From the NCBI RefSeq assembly GCF_001194135.2, contig NC_068987.1, positions 19,691,810-19,745,456 on the forward strand: 53,647 nucleotides of DNA, written 5' to 3'. The stretch's first letter is position 1. Every line of letters begins with the position of its first letter. This stretch comes from Octopus bimaculoides. Its lineage: Eukaryota. The position numbers were made by a program, and so were the translations under genes. This document shows, one piece after another, positions 24,941 through 36,740 of the stretch. The notes below the pieces were generated by a model. That model saw only the letters and a program-made list of their open reading frames with translations, was not told the DNA's origin and did no database searches.

Positions 24941-25464
24941 GTTCCAAATTTTGGCATAGGACCAGCAATTTTAGGGGAGAGGATAAGTCAACCACATTGA
25001 TCCCCTTATGCAACTGGTATTTATTTTATCAACCCCAGAAGGATGGAAGGCAAAAATCGACCTCACTTTTCATCTTTCCAGGGTTGATAAATACCAGTTG
25101 AACACTGGGGTTGCTGTAATCAACTAAACCTCTCCCCTACAATTTCAGGCTTTGTGCCTAGAGCAGAAAAGATCATTATTATTATTATTATCATCATCAT
25201 TAGAGTGGTGGATTGGCAAAAACGTAAGAGCATCAGGCAAAATACCATGCAATACTTCTCACACTTGATATGTGTTCAAATCCTACTGGGGGGTGGGTCA
25301 ATGTTTCCATTATCCTTCTAGGGGTTGAAAAGAAAACATGTACCAGTTACGTAATGAAGTCAATTAACTGACTAATCTGCCCCTCAAATTGCTAGCCTCA
25401 TGTCTGAACTAGAAATTATTTTAAAACATGGGCTCTAGACTGGTATAAATATCAGAGAATCAGA

Positions 25465-25870
25465 CAAAATGTATTTATTTATCTTCTGTCCTACTTGGTT
25501 CAGTCACTATATTGCAGCTATGCTAGGGCACTGACTTGAGGGGTTAGTCAAACAGATCGATCCCAAAACTTATTTTTTTTTAAAGTCTGGTAACTATTCT
25601 ATCAATCTCTTTTTGCTGAACTACTAAGTAATGGGGATGTAAACAAACCAACACCGACGGGGGGGGGGGGCAGACACAAAGACACACACACACACACATG
25701 CATACATGTACAATGGACTTCTTAAAGTTTCCATCCACCAGATCCACTCACAAGGCTTCAGTTGACCCAAGACAATAGAAGAAGGTACATCCCCAAGGTG
25801 CCATGCAGTGGGACTGAAACTGGAATCCTGTGGTTGGGAGGCAAACTTCTTACCACACAGCTATGCATGC
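25465..25870 (-). mobile_element. SINE B
   Basis: Reverse match to the family B consensus. Confidence 0.85.
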
Positions 25871-26189
25871 ATCTTTGTAGTATTTAGTTACAACACTTAA
25901 CATTCTAAGTTTGAATCCTGCCAAAATCAATCCTTCTTCCATCCCTCTGGAATCAATAAGTAAAGTACCTGTCAAGTATTAGAATCAGTTTAATTGACTA
26001 TACCCACTTCTCTCCAAATCTGTGGCCTTGTGCTCATATTATAAAATCCTCATAATATTTTCCGTTACCTTCCAAGTTCAAATATCACTAAAGTTGGTTT
26101 AACTTTTCCTTGTTTCAGGCAGAATGAAACAAATACCAGTCAAGTACTAAGGACTGATTTGATTCACTGTGCTCCTCCCTCACAAAACG

Positions 26190-26385
26190 TTATTACCTCC
26201 ACCTTAGCAAAGGCAGAGGTATTGTTTTCAGTTGTGTTTGTTTGTTTGTTCGTGGACAAGATATCTCAAGAACTGCTGGATGGATTCGGATGAAACTTTC
26301 AGGGATGTTTGGCCATGTGACTGGCACAAACTGATTAAATTTTGGGATCAATCGGGTGACAAGGATTCTGGATTATTTTTCTGCT
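26190..26385 (+). mobile_element. Helentron-associated (HINE/DINE-1-like) non-autonomous element, 5' part
   Basis: TTATTACCTCCACCTTAGCAAAGGCAGAGGTA sub-terminal hairpin, then (GTTT)n and GGATGGATTCGGATGAAACTT, the typical HINE layout. Confidence 0.6.
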
Positions 26386-26387
26386 CT

Positions 26388-26665
26388 AGTGTTGGGCCAA
26401 CCAAAGCCTTGTGAGTAGGTTTGGTAAATGAAAATCGAAAGAAGCCTGTCGTATGTGTGTGCATGTGTATAACAACACTGTGTGTGTGTGTGTTTAGCAT
26501 CACCGCCACCACTACTTGAGAACTTGTGTTGGTTTAATTACATCCCTGCAATTTAGTGATTTGGCAAAATAGAATGACAGAATAAGTACTGTGGCCGATT
26601 TATTTGACTAAAACTCTTTGAGGTGGTGCCCCAGCATGGCCACAGTTCGATAACTAAAACAAAAG
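26388..26665 (+). mobile_element. 5'-truncated SINE B
   Basis: Starts at GGGCCAACCAAAGCCTTGTGAGT; ends at CAGCATGGCCACAG. Confidence 0.8.
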
Positions 26666-27324
26666 AAGATAACAGAAGACGTTTGTTACAAGAAGATCTA
26701 ATTCTAGGTCTGTTTAATCAAGGCCGATTTGGAGCTAATCCAAGAACGAAATTACGAGTTAAAGAGGGAATCTGAATCTATATATAGTTCTTTGACCTGC
26801 TAAAAGTAACAAGCAAACTTCTCTTCCTTTAGAGCTGGTTACCATTTAGAAAAGTCAGGCATACTTGAAATACCTTTGGATATACGTTTGCTCAATCAAG
26901 GCTGAACCGGTGCGACTTATCAACGACAAGTGGTAACAATAGGAACCAACGTAGAAGCGTCTTCGAAGTTGCTTGACCTGCTAGAAATAGCAACCAAATC
27001 TTTTGCAAAAGACAGGCATACTACTGTCTTTCTGTCTTTTTTTTTTTTTTACTAAATACACACACAATCTCCAGAGTGTGTGTGTGTGTTTGGTTTTGTG
27101 GTACAGAGCAAAACAAGCCTTGCCGTCCACTCAAGAAAACACGTAGTAAATGATCCACACGCACTCGAACAAACTGAGCCCTCAATTTATTCCATTTGCC
27201 AAATGATTTGCAAGGCTTCAAGAGACACAGGCGTGTCCATTAAACATAATCACCGCTTTATTTTACAGAACCCTCATTTATCTTTCACGACAAGAGAATC
27301 CATGACACACACATATGTATGTAT

Positions 27325-27530
27325 GAATGTGTGTGTGTGTGTGTGTCCCCACCACTGCTTGGCAACCGGTGTCGGTGTGTTTACGTCCCTGTAACTTAAC
27401 GGTTCGGCAAAAGAGACCTATAAAATTAGTACAAGGCTTTGAAAAAAGAATAGTGGAGTCGATTCATTCGACTAAATTTCTTTAAGGTGGTGCCCCAGCA
27501 TGGCCGCAGTCTGATGAATGAAACAAAAAA
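27325..27530 (+). mobile_element. SINE B 3' half
   Basis: (TG)n followed by CCACCACTGCTTGGCAACCGGTG..GGTGCCCCAGCATGGCCGCAG. Confidence 0.85.
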
Positions 27531-27589
27531 AAAAGAATTTCAAAAAATACTGTCTACAGAGCATCTTTGATCGTAAGTTTACATTATGA

Positions 27590-27807
27590 GGGTGGGATAC
27601 CAGCCCACTCGAGGCCGTCTCTGAGTCTGACACAAATATACGGCTTTAAAATTATCTAAATTAAAACACAAAATTTTATACGAGTTTAAGTTCTAAATAC
27701 CCGCTTAATAATGGCAAAGTTATTTTACTAAATTCTTCAATACTTTAAAAAATAAATTGAAGCAATGATAGTGTATTTCAACAGAAATATGTTAACAAAA
27801 GGGCTAA
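27590..27807 (+). mobile_element. piggyBac-like MITE, copy 3
   Basis: Ends GTTAACAAAAGGGCTAA; body homologous to the other copies. Confidence 0.65.
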
Positions 27808-28102
27808 GTGAATGTAATTCTTAAGTGGAATAGCGATGCCAAATCGTTTTTGTCAAAAATGTTTCTCGGAAAAACGGAAGGAAAAAAAAGCCTCGAAATA
27901 GTTTATCATCGAAATGATGGTCGTTGGTGAGAGAAAGGGGTCGGCAGGAGTGGTTTGCGACAACGGAACATTATATGAAGAGGAGGAAATTCGGGGAGTG
28001 GAAGAAACAATAATATACCACCAGATGGGACGACAATAATAAGGAAGTAGAACGAGGGATACGGAGTCAAAGAGACTATAATACATTCTATCAAATTTCC
28101 TA

Positions 28103-28133
<31 letters not shown>

Positions 28134-28153
28134 GTATTTCTCGATGTATTTGT

Positions 28154-28191
28154 GAATGAACGGTTTGGCACTGGTTGTTGTGTTTTATATA
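28154..28191 (-). promoter_or_regulatory. Candidate core promoter: TATA box + initiator, TSS about 28157
   Basis: Minus strand TATATAAAA (28191-28183) and TCATTC (28159-28154), with the TATAAAA start 32 nt upstream of the Inr A; followed by CpG-containing unique UTR-like sequence. Confidence 0.55.
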
Positions 28192-28449
28192 TGCGGGACG
28201 ACGCACAACAGAGGAGTGGGTGGAACTAAAGAGAGAAAGAAAGAGCTGGAGGGGGAGAGATTATGAAGAAAACGAAAATGAAGGCTAGATAAAAAGCATG
28301 AGAAAAGAAGTATTATAAGGTGCAAGGTCAAGTTTCTATTCGTTTTATAAGTTTAACGAAACCGAGTGTAGCGGTAGTGGACAGTCCATTCGTATTTTTT
28401 TATAGGCTGCGTGTTTTAAATGTGTGCGCGCGTTGTTTATGTATGACAC

Positions 28450-28567
28450 ACACACACACATATATATATATGGACACAGATACACACGCACACACATATA
28501 TATATATGGACAAAGATACACACGCACACACATATATATATATGGACACAGATACACACGCACACAC
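28450..28567. repeat. About 36-bp minisatellite, 3 copies
   Basis: CACACATATATATATATGGACACAGATACACACGCA repeated three times. Confidence 0.85.
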
Positions 28568-28580
28568 CTAGATATAAACA

Positions 28581-28612
<32 letters not shown>

Positions 28613-28925
28613 TACATGCACGTGTTTATTTTTATATCTACGCATCTATGTATATTTCTACAAGTTGTGCGTGCATTGCTATACATGGTAGTGAATGAGG
28701 GAGGTTACGCTTGTGTTTATATTTGATCGAATGCCATCCATCCGTCCGTCCGTCCATCCATCCATGTATAGCATTGGATTCGATCCCGCTTTTTGCCAGA
28801 TAGAAATCACAATTCAATTATGCATTAAGACTCAAAAGCTTTCAATACATAAATTGTTTAAACAGTGCCCACAAATTTAATTACACTCCTCATGACAACA
28901 TACATCCTGTGTATAAGGTCAACAA

Positions 28926-29153
28926 TACGTATATATATACAACACAAGATCGACCTCTTCCAACCACATGGTTCCCGGTTCAGTCCCACTGCGTGGCATC
29001 TTGAGCAAGTGTCTTCTACTATAGTCTTTAGTCGAACAAAGTATTGTGAGTGAATTTGGTAGGCAGAAACTGAAAGAAGCCCGTTGAACGTACGTATATA
29101 TATACAACACAAGATCGACCTCTTCCAACCACATGGTTCCCGGTTCAGTCCCA
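28926..29153 (+). repeat. 165-bp tandem repeat built from a SINE B fragment, running into a gap
   Basis: TACGTATATATATACAACACAAGATCGACCTCTTCCAACCACATGG starts at 28926 and again at 29091. Confidence 0.85.
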
Positions 29154-30084
29154 NNNNNNNNNNNNNNNNNNNNNNNNNNNNNNNNNNNNNNNNNNNNNNN
29201 NNNNNNNNNNNNNNNNNNNNNNNNNNNNNNNNNNNNNNNNNNNNNNNNNNNNNNNNNNNNNNNNNNNNNNNNNNNNNNNNNNNNNNNNNNNNNNNNNNNN
29301 NNNNNNNNNNNNNNNNNNNNNNNNNNNNNNNNNNNNNNNNNNNNNNNNNNNNNNNNNNNNNNNNNNNNNNNNNNNNNNNNNNNNNNNNNNNNNNNNNNNN
29401 NNNNNNNNNNNNNNNNNNNNNNNNNNNNNNNNNNNNNNNNNNNNNNNNNNNNNNNNNNNNNNNNNNNNNNNNNNNNNNNNNNNNNNNNNNNNNNNNNNNN
29501 NNNNNNNNNNNNNNNNNNNNNNNNNNNNNNNNNNNNNNNNNNNNNNNNNNNNNNNNNNNNNNNNNNNNNNNNNNNNNNNNNNNNNNNNNNNNNNNNNNNN
29601 NNNNNNNNNNNNNNNNNNNNNNNNNNNNNNNNNNNNNNNNNNNNNNNNNNNNNNNNNNNNNNNNNNNNNNNNNNNNNNNNNNNNNNNNNNNNNNNNNNNN
29701 NNNNNNNNNNNNNNNNNNNNNNNNNNNNNNNNNNNNNNNNNNNNNNNNNNNNNNNNNNNNNNNNNNNNNNNNNNNNNNNNNNNNNNNNNNNNNNNNNNNN
29801 NNNNNNNNNNNNNNNNNNNNNNNNNNNNNNNNNNNNNNNNNNNNNNNNNNNNNNNNNNNNNNNNNNNNNNNNNNNNNNNNNNNNNNNNNNNNNNNNNNNN
29901 NNNNNNNNNNNNNNNNNNNNNNNNNNNNNNNNNNNNNNNNNNNNNNNNNNNNNNNNNNNNNNNNNNNNNNNNNNNNNNNNNNNNNNNNNNNATATACATG
30001 TATGTGAGTGAGTGTAGAATGGTGTTTTATGTAAGGCAATATCTATTTTCAGAAAGGGAGCGACGCTTGATACATAAAAATCAT

Positions 30085-30118
<34 letters not shown>

Positions 30119-30700
30119 CTTTATTCACACAGCATATAATGTGCTGAGTAAGAAGAGCTTGAGGGTTGGGGGCGCAAACAGATTTAAGTATCCGGTACAA
30201 TGTCAATAATATTAAGTGGGTTACGATCCGTGTAACGTATAAGAGAGAGAGAGAGAAATACATGTGTATGAATATATATATATATATATGCACAAATACA
30301 CACTCGCCCAAGCACGAAAACAGCCTAACCACTCGATAAACAATCGAAAAAAAGAAACTAATCAATCATCGTTACTATCATAATTATTATCGTTAATATT
30401 GCTATTATGATGATTATCATATTTAATACTTCTTTGATCTTAGACCCTCACCAAAATAACACATCACCGGTGCGTGTATTATTGTGTGTGTGTGTGTGTG
30501 TGTGTGTGTGAGTGAGAGCAAGCCCATAAGTTTGAAAAATGTATTTACTGCAAGATAACGTGTGTGTGTGTGTGTTTGAGAGAGACAGAAAGTGAGAGAG
30601 AGAAATTAAGTTTGTTTCGATACAATTGTTTTTAACCAGAAGCTTCGATTTAAACTAGAACTACTGACATACGCCGCTTTATCTCCTTATAACAAACAGA

Positions 30701-30739
<39 letters not shown>

Positions 30740-30835
30740 CATACATACACAATATTTTACTAAATTCCTTCCTGAAATTGTATCTACAACCAAAATGTTC
30801 CTTTGACAGGAACACGAAAATAAAGAGAGCACAAT

Positions 30836-31118
30836 CTACGCTTCGCATTCGTTGTTTTGGTAACGTAGGTCTGTAAATGATGGGAAAAACTACACACACG
30901 TGTGTGTATGTATACATGACTGTACCAGCCTGTACATGTATGTGTGTGTGTGTAAACGTACATATATATTTATATATATATAGCGGAAAGGGGGTACACT
31001 CCATAGTTTAACACCACAAAGACTTACATTCTTTTAACAAGGCATCCTCCGCTTCAGCATGCCGCCAGCCATCCGTAGTGTCTTGGTCTTCTTTTACCGT
31101 TTTATTCTGTAACTCCAT
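30836..31118 (-). CDS. Candidate spliced short ORF or N-terminus MELQNKTVKEDQDTTDGWRHAEAEDALLKE|YLRYQNNECEA* (exons 31118-31028 and 30870-30836); product unknown
   Basis: Consensus donor GTAAGT at 31027, 157-nt intron, acceptor TTTTTCCCATCATTTACAG; unique CpG-rich context. No homology recognised. Confidence 0.3.
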
Positions 31119-33185
31119 TCCAGTCGGTTGGAAGCCCGCCCAGAACGGTGCTGGTAGAGCAACGTCGGCGGCGGCGGGGACGGCAGCTGCTGCTGCTGTT
31201 TCTGATTATGACGTTAGTGGTACTGGTGGTAGTGTTATTGTTGGTTTAACCCCCTAACAGGCCCGGGCCATGATCGAGAAGACCTACGATCTACAATATT
31301 CGTTCAAGCCATGACTTATACAGGGTTATTATTACTTGTTTTTTTGTTGTTGTTGTTGTTACTATTTATTTTCGTTTCCAAACCGTACTCCAGAGTACAT
31401 TATCCAATGTTTTGTTTTTGATGTTGCTTTTTCCTTTTTTTCTTCTTCTTCTCTTCAAAAGAGAGCAGTGTTTGATTTGAGGTAGATTAAGCTGCTGTTT
31501 CTAGCAAGTAGTTTGAACGATCATGTCGTGGTTTCTTCGCTGGCTCGTTATCAAAGGTGGTGACTGAAAGACTGAAAATGCGAGAGGGACAAGGTTTGTG
31601 CTCCGAGGGTTAAAACATCACCAGCATTAATGGCAAAAAGAAACGAGGGCGAGGTGGGGGAGGCGTTATTGGTTATGAACACTTTGTAACATTAAATATG
31701 AGAGAGAGAGAGAGAGTAGCGGGTAGGGTTAGTTCTCAGTGTAAAGTCCGGTTGAGATGTTTCCTTGTTTTTAAGAGTCGACTTGCAAATACTGAGCAGA
31801 ACAGGTCGCTATATTAAACAGCAGCAGCAGCTGTAACGACAACATTTGACGCCTTGTCAATAAAACTGTCACAAGAAGTATTTCCTCAGAGCCTCCAAGT
31901 GGTCGCCTGACCTGCTAGCAACAGCAGCCAAATTTCTCAAACCGCAATGCAGTCCTACACACCTAGAAAGACGGGAGTTTTCAGGTTTTGGAAGAGCTTT
32001 CATCATACAGAGACGTTCGTTCGATTACAGTTTATCAATCATCGTAGCCAATGAATTTTAGTAATTGTTGTTGTATTATAGATTAAACAATGCATTTTGT
32101 GAACAAAAGCGTCGTTAATTATAGGTTTGTAAATCGTTAATCTTTAATGCACTGCCTTCTTGATGTCGACAGCGACTCGGAAATGTCTGTACAACTCGGG
32201 CGGAATAAATATCACAAGGTATTTTGATTGGCAGTTACCTCGCAGATGTAGGCAAGCACGCACGCACACACGCGCACACATATATACAAATATACTTGTT
32301 TCTCTGAAAACTCATTCATATCTGCGTAAAGAGCGATTAATTACGAGCCAACGAAAGAGACAGACTACATTGCTGGCTATGAATCTTCTAGAAATAACGG
32401 CCAAACTATCCTCAAGTCACAACGAAGAAGAGAAAAAAAAAGTGGGGACACATTCAATCATGCAGTCCTAAATAATCTCGAAAAAGGGGGAAAAAAACCC
32501 CAGATAGTTACAGATGGGATAAGGCTAACGTAGGGCTAAATTATAAATTTACTATCATAGCATGCATCTTTCTTCGCATGTGTATGTGGTTAAATAGTAA
32601 ACATAACTATATGGAACGTATCTGTTGTTTGGTTCAAACTTAGCTTTCACCGAAAAGAGCACGGGCAAAGGCGTTCTGGCCATAACCATTCCGTCATTAG
32701 TTTATCTCAGAATAATTTATTTTATATTATTTCATCTTTAAAGGTGGAAGGGTGTGTGGGTATGTGTGTGTGTGACTGCTATTTCTAATAGGGCAAGCGA
32801 TCATTTCGATCGGTCATGGGAAACCTTTTTCGAGAAGCGGGTAGCATGAGACATGACTCATCATCAGGCGGGCCGCACTATTAGAAAAGAAAAAAAAAAT
32901 TCAAACTTTGCCTATGACCGATTTAGATGCTTCCTCATGGATCGGGCACACGTGAGTCTATGCTATAGCGCAGTTATTTAATCCTCTCATGCTGAAGGGT
33001 GTCACGAGAAGTTTAAACTAATACTTCGTGCTTCATATTTTTAGCAGAGGCAGAAGGGCCACCTCGAATATGGGAAGATGTGGGTGTTAGCTGCAATATG
33101 ACACAGTTGCAAGCAGCCTGGCTCCACCGATGGGTGACGCGAAAAGACACCTGATTAAAGCGAGTTATTACAGTTGGGATATACG

Positions 33186-33294
33186 CACTAGCGTAGCTAG
33201 CGTGTGTGTCGCCCGGATCCCAAAAAAGATATTATCTACAGCAGACCTAAAAGTGCCGCCAGGGCGGGGCGCCCCTCCCCCAGCTACGCTAGTG
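33186..33294. mobile_element. 109-bp GC-rich MITE
   Basis: Perfect 13-bp TIR CACTAGCGTAGCT / AGCTACGCTAGTG with TA-rich flanks. Confidence 0.65.
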
Positions 33295-33324
33295 GATATA
33301 TAGCCTCTGGTCTACCTTAGTGAC

Positions 33325-33630
33325 GGCGCGTGGTTTAGTGGTTAGGATATTTAGCTCACGATTGTAAGGCCCTGAGTTCAATTCCCAGCGACGCGTTGTG
33401 TCCTTGAGCAAGACACTTTATTTCACGTTGTTCCAGTCCACTTAACTGGCAAAAACGAGTTGTACATGTAAATTCAAAGAGCCAGCCTTGTCACATTCTG
33501 TGTCACGCTGAATCTTACCGAGAACTACGTTATGAGTATGCACATCTGCGGAGAGCTCACCCACTTGCACGTTAATTTCGAGGGCAAGCTGTTCCGTTGA
33601 TCCACCCTCGTCGCAACTGACGGAGTGCCA
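33325..33630 (+). mobile_element. tRNA-derived SINE family E
   Basis: A box TGGTTTAGTGG, B box GAGTTCAATTCC, core GTGTCCTTGAGCAAGACACTT, tail shared with 4264-4445. Confidence 0.9.
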
Positions 33631-34541
33631 GTTTAGTTTACTTTAAACACAGGCGTGTGTATGTGTGTGTATAAACACGCAATTTACTTCAGCTCTCAAC
33701 AGAGCACAACCCATCTGGAAGATAGTAACTCCAAATGAAAACTGATACACACAAAGTATACACAGTTCCTGCTGCAGACAACTTATCCAGTGCCAATGGG
33801 ACGATATAATGTGCATATACTGTCCATATTGTAAAAATTATAAGCATTAAAAAATGGGGAGTGGGGCTTGCGTTTACCAAATGCAACGAAGGGTTGCAAT
33901 GAAGCGTTATATAGGGACGTACCCGGCCAACTACTGTAAACAGGAAAGGAAGTAAAACAACGATCGCGCGCACAATGGACACTCCATCGATTTCGACAAT
34001 GAGTATTCCAGCTGTTCGATCAACTAAATCACTGACTCAATACGTTTGTAAGTGGCTGGGTATTTCGCAGTCACTTGTTCGCTTGATGTAACCGTAAAGC
34101 ATGAACCAGTACGAGCTTCCAGTCTCCGTCAACCTTATTTCACTGACAAGGTTTGACTCAATACGACGCCGTGAGGGTGGGGGAGGGGCACTTGCTCAAG
34201 ATGTCACAAAGTGAGATTGAACGCAAGACCTCTTCATTACGAAGAAAACCCCCTAATCAATACGCCCAGCTGACGCATACGAGCACGTGCAACCAGACAA
34301 CGCATATTACACCTGTTCGTTCACCCTATTTCTACCTCTTTATAATCCCTTCATTGCACCTCTCCGGCTAAACCTTACAAATAACCTCTTTCCTCTCCCC
34401 CATGCGTGAGTGTTTACGCGCATATATATCTATCTATCTGTGTATGTATATATAACATTGAGTAATCCTTCAGTTTAATAAATTATTTTTAAGACTTGAC
34501 ACAAAAAATTGTGTGTATATATATGCGGGCATATGTAAATG

Positions 34542-34601
<60 letters not shown>

Positions 34602-35104
34602 TATATATATATATATACATACATACATATATATATACATACATACATACATACATACACACACACACACTTATACATATATACATGATCACTAACACAT
34701 ACCTAAGACCATCCTGGACCCCCCATCTGCAGGGCAAACTCGTGTGCGTTGTTGCTTTATTTACTTATTTTTAATGTATAGCATCATTAATTGTTAGCTC
34801 AACCAGCTTTATGGAGACAGTAGACGACTTTCAGTCTGGTTATAAGCCATTCCAGATGTTATATTTGGGACGCCGCAAGAAACAAGTGCATTTTGGAGTC
34901 TTAAAATCCAAGAAGGAAATTTCTGTTGGGTGTATTGGCCTTGATGCATGGGTGTGGAATCAGAAATTTGGACATTTGATAGCATTTGCCATTCCTCTTT
35001 TCATTCTTCCTTGTTGCCAATGTTTACGCCTCAACTTCATATATATATATATATATATGTGTGTATGTATGAGAGAGAGAGGAGACAAACATAGAAGAGA
35101 CAGA

Positions 35105-35480
35105 TGTATCTTTTACTTGCTTCAATCATTGAACAGCAGCCATGCTGTGGGCACTGCCTTGAAAGGTTTTACTTGAACAAAACCCCACTACTTATTTTGA
35201 AGCCTGGACCTTATTTTATCAGAGTCTTTTGTCGAATTACTAAGTTACAAAAATGTAAACATACTAACAAGAGTTGACGATCAGTAACAGGGGACAAACC
35301 ACACACACACACACACACACAAGGGGCTTCTACACAGTTTCTGTCTAGCAAATTCACTCAAGGCATGAAGTTGGTGCAAATCGATAGTAGAAGACACTCA
35401 TTCTATCATGCAGTGGCCTGCAACCATATGGTTGCAAACAAAGCAAGCTTCATCTTAACCACACAGCCATGCCTGTGCAC
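35105..35480 (-). mobile_element. SINE B (old)
   Basis: Reverse match to the family B consensus. Confidence 0.8.
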
Positions 35481-36559
35481 ACACGCACAAATTTTAGTTG
35501 TTTGAAAAAGCAGATACTCAATATCAACAATGAAGCCTCCGCTGCATTTTATTTATATTATATATATAAACATCAAGCCCTGTGACAGGACTGAAACTGC
35601 ATATCTATTATACTATGGCTGATACCATCACCACTTATACAGCATAATGCACTTGATGTTTATGTCAGGATAGGCTATATAAATGGTTTACTGGTATAAA
35701 GTAACACTTTTATTCTTGATAAACATCACACATGTTCCACTGATAATTAGTAGGTAACTTAGCCCAGTAAATACACACGCACGCATATGTATGAGAGAGG
35801 TGGGGGATGAGACTATTAGGAAGGTACAGCAAGAGAAGGCAGGGTAGTGGATTATGACAAGAATTAATCCTAAGTATATGAATAATCATAAAGTAATGAC
35901 TAACATTTAAATGTAAATGACAAGACATTAGAAAGAGAGAGAGAGAGAATTAAAACAAGAGGCTAATAACGACAATGTATCCAGACACCTTTCTACAGAG
36001 TGCAGCAGAAAAACAACCCATATTTTACACAGCAATTAATATGATGCTACTGAAGTTAGGAAGGTGGTAATGGTGTCTTGTAGCTCATGTTTTACCATTT
36101 CTTTTCTAGTTATCATTATCTTTTGACTGATGCATATTATGTGTGCTGTTGAAACACTTATTAAGAATGCTAAATTTGGGAGTTTCTTTTCTGCTGTAAC
36201 CTGTACTAGATTTGAGTAAATTATTTTTCAAAATATTTAGTAAACATGATATATAAATAGATGATATATTCATATACACATGCATGCATCAAATGATAGC
36301 ATGTGTTGGTACATGCGGGTTATTTTTGAGCTCTAGAACAGTCCTACCAACAACTAAATAGTGAAATTTGTTCTATGTTTTTCATTACCCCATCCTGGCT
36401 TTCTGATAATGAAAAATTTCTAAACTGCATGAGTTATCTTTAAATTGAATTTTATGAAAAGAATTAGCTTCATTTATCATTTGAGATAATTAGTGATATG
36501 GGTTACACCTGCTGAGACATTAAATTGTCAAGCCTGAAAGATGAGTGTAGCTATACTTT

Positions 36560-36740
36560 CAGTATTATCTTGTGTAGATGGTCTTCAGTAAATATTTTAT
36601 GGCAATCTGGGGCTAATTGAAGAAATGCATTTTGTACAAGTTCAATCTTCTTTTATGCTGCATCTAATGCTAGCAGGGTCCACGCTGCTCTTGTATATTC
36701 ACAATGATGTTAACTCACAGAGCAATTAATTGGTTGACCA
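36560..36740 (-). pseudogene. Decayed CR1/L2-type LINE ORF2 relic
   Basis: Translation EYTRAAW..*KKIELVQNAF resembles the post-RT LEY...W.P.....I..IE.VQ..F motif of CR1/L2/Jockey LINEs. Confidence 0.5.

Larger units (their letters stand above)
23345..25420 (+). mobile_element. Cluster of about 6 mostly co-oriented SINE A copies, two interrupted by younger insertions
   Basis: Repeated GAGTTCAAAT..CTTTCATCC..GATAAAATAAGTACCAG cores separated by (TTA)n tails. Confidence 0.8.

Noticed and set aside
26980-26993. GCTAGAAATAGCAA, identical to part of the Cas9 sgRNA scaffold
   Set aside because: A 14-nt chance match inside dispersed repeat D; flanking scaffold sequence is absent.
28858-30112. ORFs of 280-470 aa here and at 4386-5006, 15558-16142, 39820-40192 and 49464-50925
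   Set aside because: They are mostly X residues from N gaps plus microsatellite or SINE translations.
32820-32870. Minus-strand CTGATGA followed by a TGAG/CTCA stem
   Set aside because: GAAA does not follow stem II and there is no stem I partner.
33325-33395. tRNA gene-like sequence
   Set aside because: A and B boxes are present but the acceptor stem is not intact and the sequence continues into a SINE body; same for the other SINE heads.
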